The notes under the pieces are model-generated. The model was not told the DNA's origin. It worked only from the letters and a program-made list of their open reading frames with translations, and did not search any database. From Limisphaerales bacterium (lineage in GTDB: Bacteria > Verrucomicrobiota > Verrucomicrobiia > Limisphaerales > JAHDYP01), in the NCBI GenBank assembly GCA_049451415.1, contig JBMTVN010000002.1, positions 1-46,434 of the forward strand: DNA of 46,434 nucleotides, given 5' to 3'. Positions 29,228 to 40,400 of this stretch are shown one piece after another. A program made the position numbers and the translations under genes. The first letter of the stretch is position 1. Every line of letters begins with the position of its first letter.

Positions 29228-31393
29228 ATGGACCAAAACAAGTCAGTCAATTCGCCGAATCGGCCTTACTCGCTGGAGCGTACGCGCAATATCGGTATCG
29301 CTGCGCACATCGATGCCGGGAAGACGACCACGACTGAGCGCATTCTCTATTACACCGGCCTTATTCATCGGATGGGCGAGGTGCATGATGGCAACACAGT
29401 TACCGACTGGATGGAGCAGGAGAAGGAGCGCGGCATCACGATTACCTCGGCTGCGACCACTTGTTATTGGACTCAAAAGAACGACGGCCTGATCAAGTCC
29501 TACACGGACGTTGCGCACCGCGTTAATATTATTGATACCCCTGGACACGTTGACTTTACAGCTGAAGTCGAGCGTTCCATGCGGGTGCTTGATGGTGCGG
29601 TCGCCGTTTTCTGCGGTGTAGCGGGTGTGCAGCCTCAGTCCGAGACGGTCTGGCGACAGGCTACCAAGTATAGCGTTCCGCGAATTGCGTTTGTTAACAA
29701 GATGGACCGCACCGGGGCGAACTACGAAAACGCCGTCGCCGAAATGCGCGAGAAGCTGGGTGCATATGCTTATCCAGTAACACTGCCTCTGGGCAAGGAA
29801 GATCACCTGCGCGGAACCATCGACGTGATCAACCAGAAGGCGTTGATGAGTGACCCCAACGATGAAACGGGGGTCAGCTTTGTTGTTGTCGATGTTCCCG
29901 AAGAGGAAGCAGACCGCGCCAAGATGGCTCTGGCTGAACTAATTGATGCCGTTGCCAACAAGGACGACGAGATTGCGGAGTTGGTAATTGAGGAGAAACC
30001 GGTTGAACCAGCCGTGCTTAAGAGGGCTATCCGCAGATTGACGATTGCCATGGAGATGGTTCCCGTTTTCGGCGGATCTGCCTTCAAGAAGCGCGGGGTG
30101 CAGCCTCTGGTCGACGGGGTGATTGATTACCTCCCTTCACCTTTGGACATTCCTGCGGCTAAGGGTGTCAGTACGCTCGACGAGAATGAAGAGGTCGTCG
30201 TTCCCGCTGATGACAACGAAAAATTCTGCTCCCTCGCGTTCAAGCTGTGGAGCGACCCGTTTGTCGGCAAGCTGGTTTTCTTCCGCGTCTATAGTGGCCA
30301 ACTCAGTAAGGGTGACCAAATTTACAACCCTCGGACCCGCAAGCGGGAGCGCGTCAGCCGGGTGATGATGATCCAGGCGGACAAACGTTTGGATGTGGAT
30401 ACGGTGTATTCCGGTGACATTGCTGCACTGGTCGGGCTGAAGAACATCACCACCGGTGACACTCTCTGCAACGAAGACTTTGAGGTTCTGCTTGAGCCCC
30501 CGACTTTCCCTGAACCGGTTATCTCTATGGCTGTGGAGCCGAAAACCAAAGCTGATCGAGACAAGCTCAGCGCCGGTTTGCAACGTCTGGCCGAGGAGGA
30601 CCCTACCTTCCGTTGTTTTACCCATGAAGAAACGGGCCAATTGATCATCGCGGGCATGGGTGAGCTGCATCTGGAGATTATCCGTGACCGGCTCCTCCGT
30701 GAATTCAAGGTCGAGGCAACCTCCGGTGCTCCTCAAATCGCCTACCGTGAGACGATTACCAAGGGCTCGACAGGGGAGGGCAAGTTCGTTCGCCAATCTG
30801 GTGGTCGTGGTCAATACGGGCATGCTGTCATCCGGCTCGAGCCGAATGAACGCGGTAAGGGTGTGGAGGTTACCAGCGAGATCGTCGGTGGAACCATTCC
30901 GAAGGAATACATCCCTGCTGTGCAGAACGGCATTCATGAGGCTATTTCTGGTGGTGTGCTGGCCGGCTACCCTGTCGTTGACGTCAAGGTGGCGATTACG
31001 GACGGTTCATTCCACGAGGTCGACTCCAACGAGCTGGCGTTCAAGATGGCCGGTATTTTCGCACTGAAGGAAGCCGCCAAAAAGGCTGCTCCGATTCTGC
31101 TCGAACCTGTCATGAAGGTTGAGGTCACCACGCCCGACGAATACCAGGGCGATCTGCTGGGTGATATCAACCGCCGCCGTGGTCGTATTCAGAATATTGA
31201 AGCCAAAGGCAACGCCACAGTTCTGCGTGCCGAGGTGCCTCTGGCTGAACTGTTTGGTTACGCTACCGCAATCCGTTCCCTCTCGAAGGGGCGTGCAGCG
31301 TATTCGATGGAGCCGTTCCAATTCGATCCCGTTCCCTCTGGTATTCTCGCAGGCATCCTCGAGACAGTTTCCACTAAGCCCCAACGATCCTGA
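29228..31393 (+). CDS. fusA: translation elongation factor G
   Basis: [34 protein letters not shown] and FVNKMDR in a 721-aa EF-G layout. Confidence 0.98.
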   Translation: MDQNKSVNSPNRPYSLERTRNIGIAAHIDAGKTTTTERILYYTGLIHRMGEVHDGNTVTDWMEQEKERGITITSAATTCYWTQKNDGLIKSYTDVAHRVNIIDTPGHVDFTAEVERSMRVLDGAVAVFCGVAGVQPQSETVWRQATKYSVPRIAFVNKMDRTGANYENAVAEMREKLGAYAYPVTLPLGKEDHLRGTIDVINQKALMSDPNDETGVSFVVVDVPEEEADRAKMALAELIDAVANKDDEIAELVIEEKPVEPAVLKRAIRRLTIAMEMVPVFGGSAFKKRGVQPLVDGVIDYLPSPLDIPAAKGVSTLDENEEVVVPADDNEKFCSLAFKLWSDPFVGKLVFFRVYSGQLSKGDQIYNPRTRKRERVSRVMMIQADKRLDVDTVYSGDIAALVGLKNITTGDTLCNEDFEVLLEPPTFPEPVISMAVEPKTKADRDKLSAGLQRLAEEDPTFRCFTHEETGQLIIAGMGELHLEIIRDRLLREFKVEATSGAPQIAYRETITKGSTGEGKFVRQSGGRGQYGHAVIRLEPNERGKGVEVTSEIVGGTIPKEYIPAVQNGIHEAISGGVLAGYPVVDVKVAITDGSFHEVDSNELAFKMAGIFALKEAAKKAAPILLEPVMKVEVTTPDEYQGDLLGDINRRRGRIQNIEAKGNATVLRAEVPLAELFGYATAIRSLSKGRAAYSMEPFQFDPVPSGILAGILETVSTKPQRS

Positions 31394-31417
31394 CAACCTT
31401 AAACTTGTTCTTTGAAT

Positions 31418-31726
31418 ATGGCTGGACAACGAATTCGCATCCGACTGAAGGGTTATGACCATCGGGTCATCGATCAATCGGCTCATGATATTGTAGAGAC
31501 GGTGAAGCGTACAGGTGCGCGCATCGCCGGGCCCATTCCTCTTCCGACCCGAGTTGAGCGCTTTACAGTGGGAAGGTCACCACACGCTGACAAAAAGTCC
31601 CACGAAACTTTTGAGCAAAGGACACACAAGCGCCTGTTGGATATTCTCGATCCGACAGCAAAGACGGTCGATGAATTGAAAAAGCTCAATCTCCCCGCAG
31701 GCGTGGACATCAGCATTAAAATTTAA
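31418..31726 (+). CDS. rpsJ: 30S ribosomal protein S10
   Basis: [47 protein letters not shown] 31418 is preferred; the ORF-track start 31412 is a TTG two codons upstream. Confidence 0.97.
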   Translation: MAGQRIRIRLKGYDHRVIDQSAHDIVETVKRTGARIAGPIPLPTRVERFTVGRSPHADKKSHETFEQRTHKRLLDILDPTAKTVDELKKLNLPAGVDISIKI

Positions 31727-31729
31727 GTT

Positions 31730-32374
31730 ATGCTCGGTTTACTTGGCAAAAAGCTTGGCCAGACGCGAATTTTCGACGCGGATGGAAATGTCGTACCGGT
31801 GACGGTCGTGTTGGCTGGGCCGAATCGGGTCGTCCAGTGCAAGACCGAGGAATCAGACGGCTACAAATCCGTTCAGCTCGGGTTTGATGACCAGAAAGAG
31901 TCCCGGATGACGAAACCCTTGATGGGCCACTTCAAAAAGCATGCGTCGACTCCTACCAAGAGGCTGCGCGAGTTTCGTGATTTCCCACTAGAAGTGAAAC
32001 CGGGAGATACCGTTGGGGCCGGTATTTTCGCTGAAGGGGATTATGTCGATGCGATTGGTGTCACCAAGGGCCGTGGATTTGAAGGCGTAGTCAAACGCTT
32101 CGGGTTTGGCGGCGGCAATATCACCCACGGCTCCAAGGGGTGGCATCGTCGCCCCGGCGCAATCGGGCAGAGGCTGTTCCCTGGCACTGTCATGCGGGGA
32201 ACTAAATTGCCCGGTCATATGGGACAACGCCAGCGTACTGTGCAGAACCTGAAAGTGGTTCAGGTGCGAGCCGATGAGAACTTGCTTCTCATCAGCGGTG
32301 CTATACCGGGCGCGGCCGGCGATTACGTCGTGATCCGCGAGGCCAAGAAACGTCGTAAGGTCGCCGCCAAGTAA
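31730..32374 (+). CDS. rplC: 50S ribosomal protein L3
   Basis: GLLGKKLGQTRIFDADGNVVPVTV...GVTKGRGFEGVVKR. Confidence 0.98.
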   Translation: MLGLLGKKLGQTRIFDADGNVVPVTVVLAGPNRVVQCKTEESDGYKSVQLGFDDQKESRMTKPLMGHFKKHASTPTKRLREFRDFPLEVKPGDTVGAGIFAEGDYVDAIGVTKGRGFEGVVKRFGFGGGNITHGSKGWHRRPGAIGQRLFPGTVMRGTKLPGHMGQRQRTVQNLKVVQVRADENLLLISGAIPGAAGDYVVIREAKKRRKVAAK

Positions 32375-32389
32375 GGAAGTAGGGTTGAA

Positions 32390-33019
32390 ATGAAACTCGA
32401 AGTTAAAGATTTATCCGGAAAAAGCGCTGGTGAGTTGGAAGTCGGCTTCCGAATCATTGAGAACAACTCGGCCACCCAGGCAGTTCACGATACCGTGGTG
32501 GCTTATCAAGCTGCACAGCGCAGTGGAACCGCCTGTGCGAAGACCAGGGGTGAAGTTAACGGAACGAAAAAGAAGCCGTACCGCCAAAAGGGTACCGGTC
32601 TTGCCCGTGCCGGCTCGTTCCAGTCGCCTATCTGGGTCGGCGGCGGCGTGGTCTTTCCTCCTCGCCCGCGTGACTTCACCAAGAAGGTGAATCGCCAGAC
32701 CCGTCAATTGGCTCTGCGCAAAGCACTCAGCGAACGCCTCAAGGGTGGTGACGTCGTTGTGGTCGACGGGTGGAACGTTGAATCCCACAAGACGAAGGAT
32801 TTCGAAAAGCTTCTGGCGCGTCTCGATATCCTCACCAAATCCACGCTTCTGGTCTCCGATACCTCCGACAACAAGAATCTGACGCTGGCCTGCAGGAATA
32901 TTCCTGACGTTGAATTGACAACGAGCGACACACTTAATACCTATCAGGTTTTGCGCTACGACAAGATTGTCATCTCCAAGGGCGCTTTTGAGAAACTGGA
33001 ACAACGTTTAGCTGACTAG
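32390..33019 (+). CDS. rplD: 50S ribosomal protein L4
   Basis: KKKPYRQKGTGLARAGSFQSPIWVGGGVVFPPRPRDF. Confidence 0.97.
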   Translation: MKLEVKDLSGKSAGELEVGFRIIENNSATQAVHDTVVAYQAAQRSGTACAKTRGEVNGTKKKPYRQKGTGLARAGSFQSPIWVGGGVVFPPRPRDFTKKVNRQTRQLALRKALSERLKGGDVVVVDGWNVESHKTKDFEKLLARLDILTKSTLLVSDTSDNKNLTLACRNIPDVELTTSDTLNTYQVLRYDKIVISKGAFEKLEQRLAD

Positions 33020-33027
33020 GGCCCAAG

Positions 33028-33309
33028 ATGAACTCATTTGATATCATCAAAACTGTGCGGGTGACCGAGAAGGGCACCATGCAAGGAGAGCTATACAATC
33101 AATACACCGTTGTAGCAGATCGCCGGGCCACCAAGGATCAGATCCGTAACGCAGTCCAAGAACTGTTCAAGGTCAAGGTCCTCCGGGTCAACACGGCAAA
33201 TATGACCGGTAAGCTTCGTAGGCAACGCACCAAGCAAGCTGGTAAATCCCCCGACTGGAAAAAGGCAATCGTTACCCTGAAGGATGGGGACAAAATCGTT
33301 CTTACCTAA
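33028..33309 (+). CDS. rplW: 50S ribosomal protein L23
   Basis: [12 protein letters not shown]...[23 protein letters not shown]...WKKAIVTL. Confidence 0.96.
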   Translation: MNSFDIIKTVRVTEKGTMQGELYNQYTVVADRRATKDQIRNAVQELFKVKVLRVNTANMTGKLRRQRTKQAGKSPDWKKAIVTLKDGDKIVLT

Positions 33310-33320
33310 TTTCACCTGCC

Positions 33321-34175
33321 ATGGCTGTCAAAACTTACAGACCGCTGACCCCTTCGAACCGTTACAAAACCAGTAACTCGTTCAAGGAGATCACCAAGAA
33401 ACGACCGGAAAAGAGCCTGGTCACCACGCGGAAGAAAACCGGTGGTCGCAATGCTTACGGACGTATCACCGCACGAGCAATCGGGGGCGGGCATAAGCAA
33501 AAGATTCGCTTGGTCGACTTCAAACGCAACAAGCGCGACATCGATGCCAAGGTGATTGCCGTTGAATACGATCCCATCCGCAGCGCCAACATCGCTTTGT
33601 TGGAATACGCCGACGGTGAGAAGCGCTACATCATCGCGCCGAATGGCCTACAAATCGGATCTACCCTTCAGAGTGGCGACAAAGCCGCGCCTGAACTGGG
33701 GAACAGTCTGCCGCTTCAGAACATTCCCGAGGGTTCCTTTATCCACAATATTGAGCTAGTCCCGGGTAGGGGAGGTCAAATTGTGCGGGCAGCCGGCACT
33801 TCGGCCACTTTGATGTCCAAAGCCGAAGGCTACGCCCAGATCAAGCTGCCGAGCGGTGAAATTCGTCGCATCCACGCCCGCTGTCACGCAACCATGGGCC
33901 AGGTAGGGAACTCGGATCATGAGAACGTGGTCCTTGGTAAGGCCGGACGGAATCGGTACCTTGGTCGTCGCCCCCTGACTCGCGGTATGGTTCGTAATCC
34001 TGTGGACCATCCAAACGGCGGTGGTAACGGCAAATCCAAAGGTGGTGGCGGTCGCCAGCACTTGACCTCTCCTTGGGGTATCCTCGCTAAGGGCTACAAA
34101 ACCCGGCGGGCTAAGAAGCAATCTGAACGTTTCATTCTGGTGCGCCGAGACGGGCGCGCGGTCAAAGCGAAGTAA
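33321..34175 (+). CDS. rplB: 50S ribosomal protein L2
   Basis: [28 protein letters not shown]...[19 protein letters not shown]. Confidence 0.99.
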   Translation: MAVKTYRPLTPSNRYKTSNSFKEITKKRPEKSLVTTRKKTGGRNAYGRITARAIGGGHKQKIRLVDFKRNKRDIDAKVIAVEYDPIRSANIALLEYADGEKRYIIAPNGLQIGSTLQSGDKAAPELGNSLPLQNIPEGSFIHNIELVPGRGGQIVRAAGTSATLMSKAEGYAQIKLPSGEIRRIHARCHATMGQVGNSDHENVVLGKAGRNRYLGRRPLTRGMVRNPVDHPNGGGNGKSKGGGGRQHLTSPWGILAKGYKTRRAKKQSERFILVRRDGRAVKAK

Positions 34176-34187
34176 GGAGCACGCATC

Positions 34188-34466
34188 ATGGGTCGATCCA
34201 TTAAAAAAGGTCCGTTTGTGGACCACCATCTGCAGGACAAAATAGACAAGGCCAAGGACACGAAGTCCAAGGCCCCCATCAAGACGTGGTCACGACGCTC
34301 CATGATCACGCCCGACTTTGTTGGGCTGACTTTCAACGTGCATAATGGCCGCATATTTGCCCCGGTGTTTGTCACGGAAAACATGGTCGGCCATCGCTTG
34401 GGTGAATTTGCACCAACCCGCACGTTCAAGCGGCACGGTTCTCACACGGCTAAGGCGGAGAAGTAG
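34188..34466 (+). CDS. rpsS: 30S ribosomal protein S19
   Basis: [15 protein letters not shown]...[25 protein letters not shown]...[16 protein letters not shown]. Confidence 0.99.
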   Translation: MGRSIKKGPFVDHHLQDKIDKAKDTKSKAPIKTWSRRSMITPDFVGLTFNVHNGRIFAPVFVTENMVGHRLGEFAPTRTFKRHGSHTAKAEK

Positions 34467-34470
34467 TCAT

Positions 34471-34803
34471 ATGGATATTCGATCGATTATGCACAATGTG
34501 CCGATGTCTCCGCAAAAGATGCGTGAGATGGTGAGGCAGATCCAGGGGTTGAACGCCGTGCAGGCCCAGGCTGTTCTCTCCGTTGTTCCGCGCAAATCAG
34601 CCAGGTTTGTGCTCAAGACTTTGAATTCGGCCATAGCTAACGCCGAAAACAACAATGGCCTCAAGCCTGAAGGTTTGCGGGTCAAGGAAGCGGTGGCAGG
34701 GGCTGCTACCACGCTCAAGAGGTTCGTGCCGAAAGCGCGGGGATCAGCCGGTCCCATCCTCAAGCGTCGCTGCCACATTCGAATCGTTCTCTCTGACAAC
34801 TGA
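34471..34803 (+). CDS. rplV: 50S ribosomal protein L22
   Basis: Internal ATG 34471, 4 nt after the rpsS stop. PMSPQKMREMVRQIQGLNAVQAQAVL...LNSAIANAENN...GPILKRRCHIRIVL. Confidence 0.96.
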   Translation: MDIRSIMHNVPMSPQKMREMVRQIQGLNAVQAQAVLSVVPRKSARFVLKTLNSAIANAENNNGLKPEGLRVKEAVAGAATTLKRFVPKARGSAGPILKRRCHIRIVLSDN

Positions 34804-34808
34804 TAGGT

Positions 34809-35483
34809 ATGGGACAAAAGACCAATCCAATTGGACTTCGTATTGCCGTAAACAAAGACTGGCGATCGAAGTGGTATGCCGACAAGCGCGACTTTGGAAA
34901 GCTCCTGGTAGAAGACAACCACATCCGGTCCCTTCTTAAGAAGAAACTGGAGACTGCCTCGGTTCCGAAAATCGTCATCGAACGCGCTGCCACGCGTTGC
35001 CGCATCACCATCTATACGGCTCGGCCAGGTGTTGTGATCGGTCGCAAAGGCACGGAGATCGACAAGATCAAGGAAGAGATCAGCAAGATGACCGGCAAGG
35101 AAATCTATGTTGAGATCGTGGAGGTCAAGCGTCCGGAGACCGATGCCCAGTTGGTCGCTGAGAATGTCGCCCTTCAGTTGGAACGGCGTATCAGCTTCCG
35201 GCGCGCTATGAAGAAGGCCATCCAAACGGCCATGGACAACGGCGCTGAAGGTATCCGTATTCGCTGCGCCGGGCGACTGGGCGGAGCGGAACTCGCCCGG
35301 GTGGAAATGCACCATCAGGGAAGAGTGCCGCTGCACACTCTCCGCGCAAACATCGACTATGGTTTTGCCGAAGCCAACACCGTCTATGGTAAGCTCGGAA
35401 TTAAATGCTGGATTTGCACTGGGGAGAACAAGCCGGACAAAGCACGCCCCAACGCTAATCAGGCTGGCGTGGTAAACGCCTGA
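34809..35483 (+). CDS. rpsC: 30S ribosomal protein S3
   Basis: MGQKTNPIGLRIAVNKDWRSKWYA...KH domain...GRLGGAELARVE. Confidence 0.99.
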   Translation: MGQKTNPIGLRIAVNKDWRSKWYADKRDFGKLLVEDNHIRSLLKKKLETASVPKIVIERAATRCRITIYTARPGVVIGRKGTEIDKIKEEISKMTGKEIYVEIVEVKRPETDAQLVAENVALQLERRISFRRAMKKAIQTAMDNGAEGIRIRCAGRLGGAELARVEMHHQGRVPLHTLRANIDYGFAEANTVYGKLGIKCWICTGENKPDKARPNANQAGVVNA

Positions 35484-35518
35484 GAATAATTTAACGCGGA
35501 TCAGGAGATTACAGGCTT

Positions 35519-35938
35519 ATGGCGTTGATGCCCGAAAGAGTTAAATACCGGAAGATGCAGCGGGGTAACCGCAGCGGCATAGCGTCGCGCGGGACCACAG
35601 TTGCCTTCGGTGAGTATGGGCTGCAGGCAATGGAACGTTGCTGGCTGGACAACAAGCAGATTGAGGCTGCTCGCGTCGCAATCACCCGTCACATGAAGCG
35701 TCGTGGGAAGGTTTGGCTGCGCATTTTCCCAGACAAATCCTACACCAAGAAACCGCTGGAAGTTCGTATGGGTACCGGCAAGGGCGGTGTTGAGTCCTGG
35801 GTGGCGGTCATCCGGCCGGCCAATATGCTCTTTGAAGTCGAGGGTGTGACACTGGACATTGCCCGTGAAGCCATGCGACTTGCTGCCACCAAGCTGCCCA
35901 TTCGCACCAAGTTTGTCTGCCGCCACCACGAGTCCTAA
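35519..35938 (+). CDS. rplP: 50S ribosomal protein L16
   Basis: [17 protein letters not shown]...[40 protein letters not shown]. Confidence 0.98.
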   Translation: MALMPERVKYRKMQRGNRSGIASRGTTVAFGEYGLQAMERCWLDNKQIEAARVAITRHMKRRGKVWLRIFPDKSYTKKPLEVRMGTGKGGVESWVAVIRPANMLFEVEGVTLDIAREAMRLAATKLPIRTKFVCRHHES

Positions 35939-35943
35939 CCGCC

Positions 35944-36141
35944 ATGAAGATTTCCGACCTGAAAGACCTTTCCCTGACGGAGCTGCGTGCCAAAAGCCGC
36001 GACCTGCGCCAGGAGTTGTTTAACCTGAGGCTGCAACAGGCTAGCGCCCAATTGGAGAAGACCGCGCGCCTTCGCACCTTGCGCCGTGACGTGGCGCGTA
36101 TTGAAACCCGCATCTCCCAAATTAAGGCCAAAGCAGCCTGA
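35944..36141 (+). CDS. rpmC: 50S ribosomal protein L29
   Basis: LSLTELRAKSRDLRQELFNLRLQQASAQLEKTARLRTLRRDVARI. Confidence 0.95.
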   Translation: MKISDLKDLSLTELRAKSRDLRQELFNLRLQQASAQLEKTARLRTLRRDVARIETRISQIKAKAA

Positions 36142-36151
36142 TTAACGACCT

Positions 36152-36436
36152 ATGTCTGAAGCCTCTACAACTCGCACTCAACGCAAGGAACGCGTTGGAA
36201 GCGTCGTATCCGACAAAATGGACAAGACCATTGTTGTCCGCGTGGAACGCCGCATGCAGCATCCGCAATTTAAGAAGGTCATTACCCGATACCGCAAATT
36301 CTACGCCCATGACGACAAGGGGGAGGCGAAGATCGGTGATAAGGTTCGGATCGAGGAAACCCGCCCGCTGTCCAAGACCAAGTCGTGGCGTCTGGTGGAA
36401 GTCCTCGAGCGTGCCGTGCAAGAGGGTGGGGAATAG
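36152..36436 (+). CDS. rpsQ: 30S ribosomal protein S17
   Basis: [41 protein letters not shown]...[21 protein letters not shown]. Confidence 0.97.
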   Translation: MSEASTTRTQRKERVGSVVSDKMDKTIVVRVERRMQHPQFKKVITRYRKFYAHDDKGEAKIGDKVRIEETRPLSKTKSWRLVEVLERAVQEGGE

Positions 36437-36458
36437 CAGAGCATAGGAGGATACAAGT

Positions 36459-36824
36459 ATGTTGCAGATTCGTTCCATTCTGGATGTGGCTGATAACACC
36501 GGCGCCAAGCGGGCGGCGGCAATCGGGGTCTTGGGGCGCAATCAGCGCTATGCCCATATCGGCGACGTCATCAAAGCGCACATCAAGGAAGCATCGCCAG
36601 ACGGCTCTGTTAAGAAGGGTGACGTTGTCGATGCTGTCGTGGTACGCACGCGCAAGGCTATACATCGCAGTGACGGTTCAACCCTGCGGTTTGACAGCAA
36701 CGCAATTGTCATTATCGACAAGGATTTTAATCCCAAAGGGACGCGCATTTTCGGGCCGGTTGCGCGTGAACTGCGCCAGAAGCGCTTCATGAAGATCATT
36801 TCTTTGGCCCCGGAGGTTATCTGA
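36459..36824 (+). CDS. rplN: 50S ribosomal protein L14
   Basis: [18 protein letters not shown]...[15 protein letters not shown]...[12 protein letters not shown]. Confidence 0.99.
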   Translation: MLQIRSILDVADNTGAKRAAAIGVLGRNQRYAHIGDVIKAHIKEASPDGSVKKGDVVDAVVVRTRKAIHRSDGSTLRFDSNAIVIIDKDFNPKGTRIFGPVARELRQKRFMKIISLAPEVI

Positions 36825-36826
36825 CT

Positions 36827-37099
36827 ATGAATTCTTTCCACGTCAAGCGCGGCGACGAAGTTGTGGTGATCGCTGGTGCCGAAAAAGGTAAACGCGGCAA
36901 GATTCTCTACATGCTGCCCGCGAAGGAGCGCGTCATCATTGAAGGCGTCCGCATGATCAAGCGTCACACCCGCAAAAGCCAGCAACATCCCCAGGGAGCC
37001 ATCGTCGAGAGAGAGGGGAGCCTGCACATTTCCAACGTTATGCTCGCTGCGAAGTATGACGAACGTGTTGCCCGTCGCAGCGCAGCCACGAGCAAATAA
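36827..37099 (+). CDS. rplX: 50S ribosomal protein L24
   Basis: VKRGDEVVVIAGAEKGKRGKI (KOW)...GVRMIKRHTRKSQQHPQGAIVEREGSLHISNV. Confidence 0.96.
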   Translation: MNSFHVKRGDEVVVIAGAEKGKRGKILYMLPAKERVIIEGVRMIKRHTRKSQQHPQGAIVEREGSLHISNVMLAAKYDERVARRSAATSK

Positions 37100-37105
37100 A
37101 GCCCA

Positions 37106-37651
37106 ATGAAATCGCGATTGTATCAGCGTTACGTCAACGAGGTGCGAGCGGCACTCGTAGACAAAAGGAAGTACGAGAACGTGCACGAAGTGCCGCGGAT
37201 GGAGAAAATCGTCATCAACATGGGGGTTGCTGCCACCATGGAGAAGAGCGCGCTCGACGATGCTGCCCGCGATCTTACGGCCATTACTGGTCGGAAGCCG
37301 GTCATTAACAAGGCAAAGAAGAGCGTCGCGAATTTCAAGCTTCGCAAAGGCCAGGCCATCGGATGCAGGGTCACCCTCCGCCGCGATTGCATGTATGAAT
37401 TCTTCGATCGTCTGGTGGCGGCCACGCTGCCTCGCATCCGCGACTTTCGAGGGATCAGCGGACGGTCGTTTGACGGGCGGGGTAACTACTCCCTGGGTTT
37501 GGCCGACCAGACGGTCTTTCCCGAAATCGATCTCGATAAAATCAAGAGGCATCAGGGCATGGACATCACGATCGTGACTAGTGCCAAGACTGACGCAGAG
37601 GCCTATGACTTGTTGAAGCTCATGGGCATGCCTTTCAGCGAAGGACGTTAG
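37106..37651 (+). CDS. rplE: 50S ribosomal protein L5
   Basis: [13 protein letters not shown]...[31 protein letters not shown]...[11 protein letters not shown]. Confidence 0.98.
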   Translation: MKSRLYQRYVNEVRAALVDKRKYENVHEVPRMEKIVINMGVAATMEKSALDDAARDLTAITGRKPVINKAKKSVANFKLRKGQAIGCRVTLRRDCMYEFFDRLVAATLPRIRDFRGISGRSFDGRGNYSLGLADQTVFPEIDLDKIKRHQGMDITIVTSAKTDAEAYDLLKLMGMPFSEGR

Positions 37652-37658
37652 GAGACAT

Positions 37659-37928
37659 ATGGCGAAGAAATCTTGGATTGAGCGGAATAACCGCAAGAAG
37701 GCGATGGTGGAAAAGTACGCCGCCAAACGCGCCGAGTTGAAAGCGAAAGGTGATTACGCAGCCTTGGCTAAGCTGCCCCGTAGCGCCAGCCCCGTGCGCG
37801 TGATCAACCGCTGTCGTGTTTCCGGAAGGCGTCATGCTTTCCTTCGTAAATTTGGTGTTTCACGCCTCACATTCCGTGAAATGGCCTTGTCCGGCCAGAT
37901 TCCAGGTGTAACCAAGGCCAGCTGGTAA
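37659..37928 (+). CDS. rpsN: 30S ribosomal protein S14 (89-aa form without the CxxC zinc motif)
   Basis: [20 protein letters not shown]...[43 protein letters not shown]. Confidence 0.97.
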   Translation: MAKKSWIERNNRKKAMVEKYAAKRAELKAKGDYAALAKLPRSASPVRVINRCRVSGRRHAFLRKFGVSRLTFREMALSGQIPGVTKASW

Positions 37929-37933
37929 CTGTT

Positions 37934-38320
37934 ATGACCGACCCTATCGCAGATTTGCTGACCCGGATCCGGAACGCGAGCAGCGCTCTCCTACCCGAGG
38001 TTGAACTCCGCCACTCCAAACTCAAGGAAAGCATCGTACGCGTCCTCAAGGATGAAGGTTACGTCACCGACTGCAGTGTGGAGGGGACCACCAAGCGCAC
38101 TTTGAAGGTGAAGCTGAAATACAGCGGCCGCAAGGGTGTGATTGTTGGCTTGAAGCGCGCCAGCCGTCCCGGCCTTCGTCGCTACGTCGGTGCCACTGAA
38201 GTCCCCAAGGTCCTTGGTGGTTTGGGTATCTCCATTCTTTCTACTCCTCAGGGCGTCATGTCCGGCACCCAAGCCAAGAAGCAAAACGTTGGCGGCGAGG
38301 TGCTCTGTTACGTTTGGTAA
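37934..38320 (+). CDS. rpsH: 30S ribosomal protein S8
   Basis: MTDPIADLLTRIRNA...ILSTPQGVMSGTQAKKQNVGGEVLCYVW. Confidence 0.98.
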   Translation: MTDPIADLLTRIRNASSALLPEVELRHSKLKESIVRVLKDEGYVTDCSVEGTTKRTLKVKLKYSGRKGVIVGLKRASRPGLRRYVGATEVPKVLGGLGISILSTPQGVMSGTQAKKQNVGGEVLCYVW

Positions 38321-38333
38321 AAGGAAAACGCGT

Positions 38334-38870
38334 ATGTCCCGCATCGGTAAAATGCCGGTTAAGATTCCGGCTTCAGTCAAAGTGGTAATCAAGGGGCGGA
38401 CAGTCAATGTCGAGGGCCCGAAAGGTAAGCTGGGCCTTGACCTGCCCGCGCAAACCACCGTCGCGGTGGAAGGCGATGTGGCCAAGGTCAGCCGAGGCTC
38501 GGACACGCGAGAAGCGAGGGCGAATCACGGCCTGGCTCGTGCCTTGATCAACAACATGGTGAAGGGCGTTAGCGAGGGCTTCGTCAAACGTCTTGAGATC
38601 CACGGTGTGGGTTTCAAAGCTGCCGTTCAAGGTAAGAACGTGACCATGAACCTGGGTTACTCTCACCAAATCGTTTACCCCATACCTGATCAGATCAAAG
38701 TCACAGTGGACGACAACACCAAAGTCACCGTTGAAGGCCCAAGCAAAGAGGTCGTGGGTCGAGTGGCTTCGGAACTGCGTGGCTTCTACCCTCCCGAGCC
38801 TTATAAGGGTAAGGGTGTTCGCTATGTTGGCGAGCACATCCTCCGCAAGGAAGGTAAGACCGTCCAATAG
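38334..38870 (+). CDS. rplF: 50S ribosomal protein L6
   Basis: Internal ATG 38334. MSRIGKMPVKIPASVKVVIKGRTVNVEGPKGKL...GFYPPEPYKGKGVRY. Confidence 0.98.
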   Translation: MSRIGKMPVKIPASVKVVIKGRTVNVEGPKGKLGLDLPAQTTVAVEGDVAKVSRGSDTREARANHGLARALINNMVKGVSEGFVKRLEIHGVGFKAAVQGKNVTMNLGYSHQIVYPIPDQIKVTVDDNTKVTVEGPSKEVVGRVASELRGFYPPEPYKGKGVRYVGEHILRKEGKTVQ

Positions 38871-38895
38871 TCTGATCTGAAACAACCGGCTAGTT

Positions 38896-39264
38896 ATGAG
38901 AATTCAGAAGAAGAACGAACTGGCGCAGAAGCGCCGCTGGCGTGTCCGCGCCAAGATCAGTGGCACGGCCTCACGGCCCCGTATGAGCGTCTGTTTCACT
39001 GGGCAGCACATCTACGTGCAGTTTATCGACGACGACAAGGGCTTTACATTAGCCTCCGCATCTACCCGCTGCGCTGCGCTCGCAAAGGGCGGAGAGAAAG
39101 TGGGGGCAAACGTCGCCAGTGCAGTCAAAGTAGGGCGAATGGCAGCCGAAGCCGCTCAGGCGCAGGGGATTGCAAACGTGGTTTTTGACCGGGGCTCGTC
39201 GCAATACCATGGCAAGGTCAAAGCTCTGGCTGACGCGGCCCGCGAAGCCGGACTGAAATTCTAG
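38896..39264 (+). CDS. rplR: 50S ribosomal protein L18
   Basis: [34 protein letters not shown]...[28 protein letters not shown]. Confidence 0.97.
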   Translation: MRIQKKNELAQKRRWRVRAKISGTASRPRMSVCFTGQHIYVQFIDDDKGFTLASASTRCAALAKGGEKVGANVASAVKVGRMAAEAAQAQGIANVVFDRGSSQYHGKVKALADAAREAGLKF

Positions 39265-39283
39265 AATACCAGGAGAACTTATT

Positions 39284-39901
39284 GTGGCTGAAGATCGACC
39301 AGTTCAAGATCAGGAAAATCGCGGTCAGCGGGGTCGCGGACAACGTCGTGGGCGTCCCATGTCCCAACAGGGCGGAGATGGTCCCGAAAAAGAGTTTGCC
39401 GAAAAGGTGTTGTACATTAACCGCTCGGCGAAAGTGGTGAAGGGCGGACGGCGTTTTAGCTTCAGCGCTCTGGTCGTTACCGGCGACCGTAAGGGCAAAG
39501 TGGGTTTAGGCTTGGGGAAAGCCCGTGAGGTTGCGGAAGCCATTCGGAAGGCTGGGGAAATTGCCCGCCAGAACATGGCCCCGGTCGCCCTCAAGGACGC
39601 CACGATCCCGCACGAGGCCTTGGCCTTCTTTGGTGGGGCACAGGTGCTCCTCCGGCCGGCCTCGCCCGGAACCGGCCTCATTGCTGGAAAGACCGTTCGT
39701 GCAGTGCTCGAATCCGCCGGCGTCAAAGACGTGCTCAGCAAGTCCTTAGGCTCGAAGAACGCTGCTAACGTGGCCAAAGCAACGCTTGAGGCCTTGGGTC
39801 AGATGCGTCGCCGGGAGGACATCTACAGGCTTCGCGGAAAGCCTCTTAGGAAAACCGCGCCTGAAGCAGCGGAAGCACCCGCCGCAGAAACCGTAAAGTA
39901 A
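39284..39901 (+). CDS. rpsE: 30S ribosomal protein S5 (Arg/Gly-rich N-terminal and Ala/Pro-rich C-terminal tails)
   Basis: [44 protein letters not shown]. The GTG 39284 start is preceded by AGGAGA at 39271-39276; alternative ATG at 39359. Confidence 0.95.
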   Translation: MAEDRPVQDQENRGQRGRGQRRGRPMSQQGGDGPEKEFAEKVLYINRSAKVVKGGRRFSFSALVVTGDRKGKVGLGLGKAREVAEAIRKAGEIARQNMAPVALKDATIPHEALAFFGGAQVLLRPASPGTGLIAGKTVRAVLESAGVKDVLSKSLGSKNAANVAKATLEALGQMRRREDIYRLRGKPLRKTAPEAAEAPAAETVK

Positions 39902-39908
39902 TAATCTC

Positions 39909-40379
39909 ATGCGTCTTCATCAATTAAAGCCTCGTCCCGGAGCCAAACACCGTCGCAAGCGCGTGGGTCTGGGTGAATCCAGCGGTCACGGTAAGACCAG
40001 TACCCGTGGTGGCAAGGGCCAGACTGCTCGCTCCGGTGGTTCGATTCGGATTGGTTTTGAGGGTGGTCAGATGCCCCTCATACGTCGGTTACCCAAGCGC
40101 GGGTTCAACAACACGCGTTTCGGAACCCGCTACATTCCGGTCAATGTCGGCGATCTGAACCAGTTTGACGACGGTTCAAGGGTTGAAATCGCCGCTATCA
40201 AAGGTGCTGGATTGGCCAATGGTCCCGGTGAGGGGTTGGTTAAGATCCTCGGCAATGGCGAACTGACCAAGAAGCTGACTGTGTGCGCCCACGGGTTTAG
40301 TGGTGCCGCCCGGGCTAAGATCGAAGCCGCCGGTGGAAGCTGCGAGGTCGTCCGCACAGGCAAAAGCCAAAGCAAATAA
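39909..40379 (+). CDS. rplO: 50S ribosomal protein L15
   Basis: MRLHQLKPRPGAKHRRKRVGLGESSGHGKTSTRGGKGQTARSGG...GFEGGQMPLIRRLPKRGF. Confidence 0.98.
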   Translation: MRLHQLKPRPGAKHRRKRVGLGESSGHGKTSTRGGKGQTARSGGSIRIGFEGGQMPLIRRLPKRGFNNTRFGTRYIPVNVGDLNQFDDGSRVEIAAIKGAGLANGPGEGLVKILGNGELTKKLTVCAHGFSGAARAKIEAAGGSCEVVRTGKSQSK

Positions 40380-40400
40380 TCGGTCTAAAGGGTAGTTCGC

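Noticed and set aside
36548-37726. 392-aa minus-strand ORF
   Set aside because: It runs antisense across rplN, rplX, rplE and rpsN, all confidently identified on the plus strand.
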